Of a stretch of 64,000 nt of DNA, positions 57,446-64,000 are shown piece after piece; positions within the stretch are counted from its first letter, which is position 1, and each line of letters begins with the position of its first letter. A program made the translations under genes and the position numbers. The notes beneath the pieces are model-generated. The model was not told where the DNA came from, ran no database searches, and saw only the letters and a program-made list of their open reading frames with translations. Source of the DNA: Gemmatimonadota bacterium (lineage in GTDB: Bacteria > Gemmatimonadota > Gemmatimonadetes > Gemmatimonadales > GWC2-71-9); contig JBDUDP010000003.1 in NCBI GenBank assembly GCA_040002895.1, positions 19,738 through 83,737 on the forward strand, read 5' to 3'.

Positions 57446-57970
57446 GTGAGCTACTGCCTGGTTGCCCCCGGCCATCCCGTCCACGGCCCCTATCACGACA
57501 CCGAGTACGGCTTCCCGCTGCGCAGCGACAGCGGGCTCTTTGAGCGGCTGGTGCTCGAGATCAATCAGGCCGGGCTCTCCTGGCTCACCATCCTCAAGAA
57601 GCGCGACGCGTTCCGCGTGGCCTACGATGGCTTCGACCCCCACCGCGTGGCGCGCTACGGTGAGGCCGAGCGGGCCCGGCTCATGACCGATGCCGGCATC
57701 ATCCGCAATCGGCTCAAGATCGACGCCGCCATCCACAACGCCGGGCGCCTCGTCGAGCTCATCGCCTCCCACCGCTCCTTCGCCGCGTGGCTCGATGCCC
57801 AGGGCGAGTTGACCAAGGAACAATGGGTCAAGCGGATGAAGCGCGAATTCAAGTTCATGGGAGGGGAAATCGTGGGCGAGTTTCTCATGAGCATCGGACG
57901 ACTGCCGGGGGCGCACAGCGCCGACTGCCCGGTGTATGCGATCATTGCATCAACGAGAGAGGAGAAATGA
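57446..57970 (+). CDS. tag: DNA-3-methyladenine glycosylase I
   Basis: 'YHDTEYG', 'LEINQAGLSWLTILKKR', 'IIRNRLKI', 'HSADC'. Confidence 0.95.
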   Translation: MSYCLVAPGHPVHGPYHDTEYGFPLRSDSGLFERLVLEINQAGLSWLTILKKRDAFRVAYDGFDPHRVARYGEAERARLMTDAGIIRNRLKIDAAIHNAGRLVELIASHRSFAAWLDAQGELTKEQWVKRMKREFKFMGGEIVGEFLMSIGRLPGAHSADCPVYAIIASTREEK

Positions 57971-58045
57971 GAGAGGAGAGAGGAGAAATACGACCTCTTC
58001 TCTCTTCTCTCCTCTCTCTTCTCTCATTTTTCATCTCTCTTTTCT
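57955..58045. repeat. Inverted purine/pyrimidine heptamer arms between tag and dnaE2
   Basis: GAGAGAGGAGAAAT-type arm followed by a CTCTTCT/CTCTCCT arm ending at the dnaE2 start. Confidence 0.85.
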
Positions 58046-61000
58046 GTGCAACACCTCCACGTCCACTCCTGGTTCTCCTTTGGCCTGGGCACGTCATCGC
58101 CTGACGCGCTGGCTCAGGCGGCCGCGCAGCGCGGCTACCGCGCCCTCGCGCTCACCGACACCAATGGCGTCTATGGCGCCGTCGAGTTCCAGCGCGCCTG
58201 CGATGCCGCCGGCATTCGTCCCATCCTCGGCTGCCATCTCGTCACCCGTGACCACGAGGCCGTGGTGCTGGCCGAAGATGCGCGCGGCTGGGCGTCGCTC
58301 TGCCGCGCCGTCACGGCCATTCACTGGAATCCTGATCTCGCGCTGAGCGCCCAGTTGGCGGTCGATCGCGCCGGCCTCGTCGTGTTGTCGCGCAACATCG
58401 ACCTGCTCGAACGGCTGGTGAAACTCTCCGGTCCGGCCGGGCTCTACGCCGAACTCCGACCCGAGCCGGGGCGTCATCAGGTGCTCGCGGCTGCCCGCCG
58501 CCTCGGCGTTCCCGCCGTGGTCACCGGCGGAGTGATCTGTGCCCATGCCGAAGACTGGAATCGGCATCGCCTGCTGCTCGCCATTCACCACAACACCACG
58601 TTGGCTCAAGTCGAGGCGGCGTGGCCGCGCGATGCGTGGCTGCGACCCGCCGGGGATCTTGAGCGCCACTTTCCCGACATCCCCGAGGCCTTCGTGGCCG
58701 CCGAGGTGCTGGCCGAGCGCTGCCAGTATCGCATTCCCATGGGCCGCACCATCGCGCCGCGCGCGTCGGATACCGACGATGCCCTCGCCCAGTTGCGCGC
58801 CCAGGCCTACGAGGGGGCCGTCCGGCGCTACGGCACCGTAGCCCCGGTCACCCGCGACCGGCTCGAGCACGAACTCGGCATCATCGGCATGAAGGGATTC
58901 GCCGACTACTTCCTGGTGGTCCAGGACATCGTGCGTCACGGGCCCACGCATTGCGGCCGCGGCTCGGTGGCCAACTCCGTGGTCTCCTACTGTCTCGGCA
59001 TCACCCATGTCGAGCCGCTCGGCGCGGGGCTGCTGTTCGAGCGCTTCCTCAATCCGGCGCGCAAGGACCCGCCCGACATCGATCTCGATTTTCCCTGGGA
59101 CGAACGCGACCAGATCCTCGCGTGGACCTTCCGCAAGTATCCCATGCCGCGCGCGGCGATGGTCGCCAATCACAACTGTCTCCGCCTCGCCGGCGCGCTG
59201 CGTGAAGTCGCCAAGGTGCACGGCCGACCCGCCGCCGAGATCCGCGAGGTCACCCGCCGGATTCCGATGTACACCGACGGATCGGTGCGGGAGATCATCG
59301 CCACCCACGCCAACTTCCGCGACCTGCGGCTGCCCCGGCTCTGGCAGGATCTGGCCGCCCTCGCCGAGACGTTGGTGGGCACCCCGCGCCACCTCTCGCT
59401 CCATCCCGGTGGCGTGGTGATCGTGCCGCACGCCCTCACCGATGTGGTGCCGATCGAACGCGCCGCCAAGCAGCTCGATGGTCATCCCGATCTCACGGTG
59501 CCGGTGATCCAGTTCGAGAAGGACGGCGCCGAGGATGCCGGTCTGGTCAAGATCGATCTGCTCGGCAATCGCTCGCTGGCGGTGATTCGCGATGCCATCG
59601 CCATGGTGCATATCAACACCGGCGTCCAGCTCGACTACACCTCGCAGCAGGCGGGTGACGATCCCGCCACGCGCCGTGCCTTTCGCACCGGCCAGACGCT
59701 CGGCGTCTTCTACACCGAGTCCCCCGCGAGTCGGATCCTCAACCTCAAGTCCCGTGCGGAGAGCTACGAACTGCTGGTGCTGAACACCAGCATCATTCGC
59801 CCCGCCTCCAACCGCTTCATCCGGACTTATCTCGAGCGGCTGCACGGCAAGCCGTATGCACCACTCCATCCCTCACTGGGCGAGACGCTCGCCGACACCT
59901 TCGGCGTGATGGTCTATCAGGAGGATGTCGTGAACGTGGCGCATGCCTTTGCCGGGCTCTCCTGGGCCACGGCCGATGGGTTGCGCAAGGCGCTCTCGAA
60001 AAAGCGCCCGGGCAAGCTGCTCGCAGCCTACCTCGATGAATTCGTGGCCGGTGCCCGCGCGCGCGATCGCGACGACACGAGCATCGAGCAGGTGTGGCAG
60101 ATGATCCTCTCCTTCGCCGGCTACTCCTTCTGCAAGGGCCATTCGTGCAGCTACATCCAGGTGGCTCAGCAGAGTGCCTACCTGCGCGCCAATCATCCGG
60201 CGGAGTTCATTGCAGCAGTGCTCGCCAACGGTGGGGGGTTCTATCACCCCTTCGCCTATGTCGCCGAGGCCCGCCGCATGCAGGTGACGATTCTTCCGCC
60301 CGACGTGAACGAGAGCATCTGGAACTGCACCGGATGCAATGGGGCGATGCGCATCGGCTTCCAGTTTGTGAAGGGATTCACCAGTGCGGGCGCCGCTCGC
60401 CTCCTCGCCGAGCGGGAACGCGCCGGTCCGTTCCGCACTCTCGCCAACCTGCGGACGCGCACCGCCCTCTCGGCGGATGATCTCCGGCTGTTGATCAAGG
60501 TGGGAGCGTGTGACACGCTCGATGGCGGCCTCAATCGTCCCCAGTTGCTCTGGGCGCTCGACACTGCCAGGGCACAGGGAGGCATGGAGCGCACCGTCGC
60601 CTCGCGCATCACGCGCCACGGCACCACGCTGGTCGCAGAACCGACCCCAGTTCCGTCGCTGCGCGACTACACCGACGAGCGCAAGCGTCGTGATGCCTGG
60701 GCCCTGCTCGGCTTCTGTCTCGATGCCCACCCGATGACCCTGCACGCCGAGGAGCTCAAGCGCTTCCGGCTGGTGCGGAGCACCGATCTTCCACAGCATG
60801 TCGGCAAGCAGGTGCTGATGGCGGGGATGTACACCACTGGCAAGCCGGTGCGCACCCTCAAGGAGGAGCCGATGCAGTTCGCCACCTTCGACGACGGGCA
60901 CGGGCTGGTGGAGGGCGTCCTCTTTCCGGATGTCTATCGGGAACGGGCCCACGTGCTCTTCGATCAGGGGCCGTTTCTCTTCCGGGGGGTGGTCGAGGAG

Positions 61001-61078
61001 GAATTCGGAGCCTGCACCGTCACCATCCAGCAGATCGAACGGCTGGAGCGGATGTTGGCGCGCATGAAACCGCGCTGA
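58046..61078 (+). CDS. dnaE2: C-family DNA polymerase, DnaE2-like (error-prone)
   Basis: PHP 'HLHVHS', 'LTDTN', 'RGSVANS', catalytic 'PDIDLDF' and 'KIDLLG', C-terminal OB fold; short (1010 aa) and near an ImuB-like gene. Confidence 0.88.
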   Translation: MQHLHVHSWFSFGLGTSSPDALAQAAAQRGYRALALTDTNGVYGAVEFQRACDAAGIRPILGCHLVTRDHEAVVLAEDARGWASLCRAVTAIHWNPDLALSAQLAVDRAGLVVLSRNIDLLERLVKLSGPAGLYAELRPEPGRHQVLAAARRLGVPAVVTGGVICAHAEDWNRHRLLLAIHHNTTLAQVEAAWPRDAWLRPAGDLERHFPDIPEAFVAAEVLAERCQYRIPMGRTIAPRASDTDDALAQLRAQAYEGAVRRYGTVAPVTRDRLEHELGIIGMKGFADYFLVVQDIVRHGPTHCGRGSVANSVVSYCLGITHVEPLGAGLLFERFLNPARKDPPDIDLDFPWDERDQILAWTFRKYPMPRAAMVANHNCLRLAGALREVAKVHGRPAAEIREVTRRIPMYTDGSVREIIATHANFRDLRLPRLWQDLAALAETLVGTPRHLSLHPGGVVIVPHALTDVVPIERAAKQLDGHPDLTVPVIQFEKDGAEDAGLVKIDLLGNRSLAVIRDAIAMVHINTGVQLDYTSQQAGDDPATRRAFRTGQTLGVFYTESPASRILNLKSRAESYELLVLNTSIIRPASNRFIRTYLERLHGKPYAPLHPSLGETLADTFGVMVYQEDVVNVAHAFAGLSWATADGLRKALSKKRPGKLLAAYLDEFVAGARARDRDDTSIEQVWQMILSFAGYSFCKGHSCSYIQVAQQSAYLRANHPAEFIAAVLANGGGFYHPFAYVAEARRMQVTILPPDVNESIWNCTGCNGAMRIGFQFVKGFTSAGAARLLAERERAGPFRTLANLRTRTALSADDLRLLIKVGACDTLDGGLNRPQLLWALDTARAQGGMERTVASRITRHGTTLVAEPTPVPSLRDYTDERKRRDAWALLGFCLDAHPMTLHAEELKRFRLVRSTDLPQHVGKQVLMAGMYTTGKPVRTLKEEPMQFATFDDGHGLVEGVLFPDVYRERAHVLFDQGPFLFRGVVEEEFGACTVTIQQIERLERMLARMKPR

Positions 61079-61172
61079 CCTGTGTGGCCACTACGGGAGG
61101 TGACGTCATTCCCGGAGACGGGGTCCCCGTGGGTAGATCGGCGCCGCGACCCGCAACTCGCAGGAGGACACC

Positions 61173-61607
61173 GTGCGACTCATGGGATGGAAAGCCACCA
61201 CCGTGCTGGGCCTGACCGGCTGCCTGTCGGGCGTCGGCCCCGGCGGCATCACCGTGGTCCCGCTCCCCGGGACAGCCACCATGCACGTCGGCGACCGCGT
61301 GCAATTGAAGAACACCGGCTGGACCCTGACCTTCAACGCGGTCACGTCCGACAGTCGCTGCCCCGTCGATGCGGTCTGCATTCAGGCCGGTGAGGCCGTG
61401 CTTGACCTCACGCTCGAGAACCTGCTCAGCGCCCAGCCGCGGATCCCGGCCTATCAGGTAACACTGAAAGGCGAAAAGCCCGACACGGTGGCCGGGCTCA
61501 TCCTGCGTCAGGTCCAGCTTGATCCACCGAAGCGGACCAACACCACAATCACCCCGCGCGACTACGTCGCCAAGATCAGCATCCGGCAGCAGTACCTGGC
61601 TCTTTAG
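61173..61607 (+). CDS. Hypothetical lipoprotein
   Basis: AGGAGG RBS, lipobox LTGC, 'DSRCPVDAVCIQAG'. Confidence 0.75.
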   Translation: MRLMGWKATTVLGLTGCLSGVGPGGITVVPLPGTATMHVGDRVQLKNTGWTLTFNAVTSDSRCPVDAVCIQAGEAVLDLTLENLLSAQPRIPAYQVTLKGEKPDTVAGLILRQVQLDPPKRTNTTITPRDYVAKISIRQQYLAL

Positions 61608-62944
61608 TCCTTGATGTCGCCGAGTCGTTCGGCGGCGCTGCGGCGCACCTCGGGATCCTTGTCGGCGAGCGCGCGCGTGAGGCCCGGCATCACGGCCGCC
61701 GTCCCGATCTCACCCAATCCCTCCACTGCGGCGAGCCGCACTTCGCGATCGCTGTCTTCCAGGAGCCCGACCAACGCCGCGGTGGTCGCCGGATCCGCGA
61801 TCCGCCCGAGCGCGTGCGCCACCTGACGTCGCAACTCGGGATCGCGGCTCGAGAGCGCTCGCACCAGTTCCGGCGGTGCCACATGCAGGTCATCAAGATT
61901 TCCGATGGCATCCACTGCGGCGGCACGGACATCGGCATCAGCATCGGTGAGCGCCTTCGCGAGCACCGTCGCCGAATGCGGCGAACTCAGCCGACCAAGC
62001 GCTTCGGCCGCCGCACGCCTGACGCTGGCATCGGTATCGCGATCGAGTGTCCGCTCGAGCGGGTTACGGGCTTCGAGCGCCTCGAGTTGCCCCAGGGCGT
62101 CGGCCGCGGCCTCACGCACTGAGGCAACGGCGTCGCCAAGCACCGCCAGGAGGGCCGCGGCGGACCGCTTGTTCTCGAGTCGACCCAACGCCTCGGCCGC
62201 GATGGTCCGCGCCAGCGGATCGGCGTCGCGCAAGACGGGTTCGATGTCAACAGCGGCATCCGGCACTTCGAGTCGACCAAGGGCCCACACCGCCGCGAGA
62301 CGGACCCGTCCGGTCGACGCTTTCACGGCACGGGTGAGTGCGGGTTGGGAGGCCTTGTCCTCGAGCTGCCCGAGTGCCCACGCCGACATGGTCGCGACCG
62401 GAACGGAGCGGTCCTCGAGCAGCCGCTCGAGCGGCACACGCAACTCCGGTCGATCCGATTCGCCCGCGGCCAGCGCGGCGCTCTCGCGAATCCTCGGCGC
62501 GTCGGCCGACAGCAACGCCGCGAGGCGCGTCGGCGTCACGTCGCTGTTGCCGAGCAACTTCGCGGCGACGCGACGGACGCAGGGATCGTCATCGCCCAAT
62601 CGTACGGTGAGCAGGGCGATGGCGCGCGGATCGGTGATGCTGCCGCCCAACGAATCCTTGACGGATTGCAACCCTACGGGAGCATCTGCCAGGCGACCCA
62701 GCGACGCGCGCCCTCCGCTCCACCAGAAGTTGCCGAGCTGGTCGCCGATGAGGTCACACACCACGGGATCGGTTTTCCCCAGGGCATCGAGCAACCGTGC
62801 CACACGGACTGAATCAGCGCCGGGCCGCGCGTCGCGGTGACGCAGATGCATGGCTGGAGCAGGAGGAACAATCACGGTGACGACGGCGGCAGCGGCACCA
62901 CCTCCGGCCACCAGCGTTCCGAGCAACAGGGCGACGGTCCTCAT
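61604..62944 (-). CDS. HEAT-repeat (PBS lyase-like) protein with N-terminal signal/anchor
   Basis: Repeated 'VRxAAAxALG' units. Confidence 0.9.
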   Translation of the reverse strand: MRTVALLLGTLVAGGGAAAAVVTVIVPPAPAMHLRHRDARPGADSVRVARLLDALGKTDPVVCDLIGDQLGNFWWSGGRASLGRLADAPVGLQSVKDSLGGSITDPRAIALLTVRLGDDDPCVRRVAAKLLGNSDVTPTRLAALLSADAPRIRESAALAAGESDRPELRVPLERLLEDRSVPVATMSAWALGQLEDKASQPALTRAVKASTGRVRLAAVWALGRLEVPDAAVDIEPVLRDADPLARTIAAEALGRLENKRSAAALLAVLGDAVASVREAAADALGQLEALEARNPLERTLDRDTDASVRRAAAEALGRLSSPHSATVLAKALTDADADVRAAAVDAIGNLDDLHVAPPELVRALSSRDPELRRQVAHALGRIADPATTAALVGLLEDSDREVRLAAVEGLGEIGTAAVMPGLTRALADKDPEVRRSAAERLGDIKD

Positions 62945-62945
62945 G

Positions 62946-64000
62946 TCAGGGCCTCTCGCCGAGTGCGTCGGCCGCGTGTCGCCGGACCTTGGCGTCAGTG
63001 GAATTGAGTGCAGCACGCAGGGCATCGCGCGCCGATTGATCGGGCATGTTGCTCAACGCATCGATGGCGCGTTCACGCACATCGCCATTGGAGTCCAGAA
63101 TGAGTTTCTGCAAGGCCGGTACCAGGGCCACCATCGCGCGCTCCCCGACCACTTCCGCCGCCGCACCGCGCACATCGCTACTGGGATCCGCGAGCATCGT
63201 CCGCAGCGTGGCTTCGGGAATCGCGACCTTCAGCTGCTCGAGCGCCTGCAACGCACTGCGACGCACGTCGGCATTGGCATCACTCAGCGCGCCCAGGATC
63301 GCCGGTCCGGCCGAGGCCTCGCGCATCTCGCCGAGGGCATCGATCGCGCCCTGACGCACATCCACAGATGGGTCACGTACCAGTTTCACCAGCGCCGGTC
63401 CGGCGGCGTGATCACCGATGCGCGCCAGCAGGTGCGCGGCCTGATTCCGAATGTCGGCATCTGCGTCATCCAGCAGCCGCACAATCGGCGCACTCGGGAT
63501 GCCCTTGTCGAAGTTGCCGAGGGCACCGAGGGCCTGCTGCCGCACCTCGGGATTGCCATCGCTCAGCAGCGCCACGAGCGGTGGGATGGCGCGCGGATCC
63601 TCGAACTGCGCCAGTGCGTCGGCTGCCGATGCGCGCACCTTGGCATCGTCATCCTTGAGGGCGCCGATGAGTCCGGGCACGGCGCGGGCATCCTCGAGCC
63701 GACCCAACGAGCGTGCTGCGGCCTGGCGGACCTGGGCGTCCTCGTCACGCAGCCGTGCGATCAGCGCATTCACCACCGTCGTGTCGGCGGGCGCTCGCTC
63801 GCCGTCGAACCGCCCGGCGAGTGCACCGGCCACGCCCAAGCCCCGCAACGAGATCCGGGCATCAACCCGCGCGATTGCCGCGGCTTGGCGTGCGATGTTG
63901 TCGAGCTTCGCCGCGGAAATCCTTGGTGGCCGTCCCGGACCCTGATCCGTTGGGATGCCCTGCGAGGTCTCGGCATTGGCGGCCAGAGTGCGTGCCCGAC
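62946..64000 (-). CDS. HEAT-repeat protein, C-terminal part (5' end beyond the window)
   Basis: Frame is open to the window edge; repeated 'VRxxAAxALG' units. Confidence 0.85.
   Translation of the reverse strand, partial: RARTLAANAETSQGIPTDQGPGRPPRISAAKLDNIARQAAAIARVDARISLRGLGVAGALAGRFDGERAPADTTVVNALIARLRDEDAQVRQAAARSLGRLEDARAVPGLIGALKDDDAKVRASAADALAQFEDPRAIPPLVALLSDGNPEVRQQALGALGNFDKGIPSAPIVRLLDDADADIRNQAAHLLARIGDHAAGPALVKLVRDPSVDVRQGAIDALGEMREASAGPAILGALSDANADVRRSALQALEQLKVAIPEATLRTMLADPSSDVRGAAAEVVGERAMVALVPALQKLILDSNGDVRERAIDALSNMPDQSARDALRAALNSTDAKVRRHAADALGERP

Noticed and set aside
16445..58045. Heptamer arrays as CRISPR
   Set aside because: Simple tandem units with no repeat-spacer structure and no cas genes.

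Overview
GC-rich bacterial chromosomal segment; the gene content suggests Gemmatimonadota (inference). It holds an MntR/MntH manganese operon, an Eco57I/TaqI-like adenine methyltransferase paired with an SF2 helicase, and a nine-gene arginine operon (argG, DUF1611-like gene, argC, argD, argF', argB, argE, argH, argR) with an ARG box but no argA/argJ. It also holds OmpA, a TesA/ABC transporter unit, FabI, a PEP-CTERM protein, a caa3-type oxidase operon and a VIT-vWA/ECF sigma/anti-sigma unit. A DNA-damage cluster (Zn-ribbon microprotein, radical SAM, ImuB-like, tag, DnaE2-like) is interrupted by antisense genes. The strongest leads are two near-identical promoters with a TTCGG-N6-TTCGG repeat in that cluster (candidate SOS-type operator), a DUF1611-like gene that may replace ArgA beside a transcarbamylase with succinyl-type residues, the apparently nuclease-less methyltransferase-helicase pair, and four intergenic heptamer repeats. 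I saw no rRNA, tRNA, CRISPR array or transposase. All calls come from motif recognition by eye; no searches were run.
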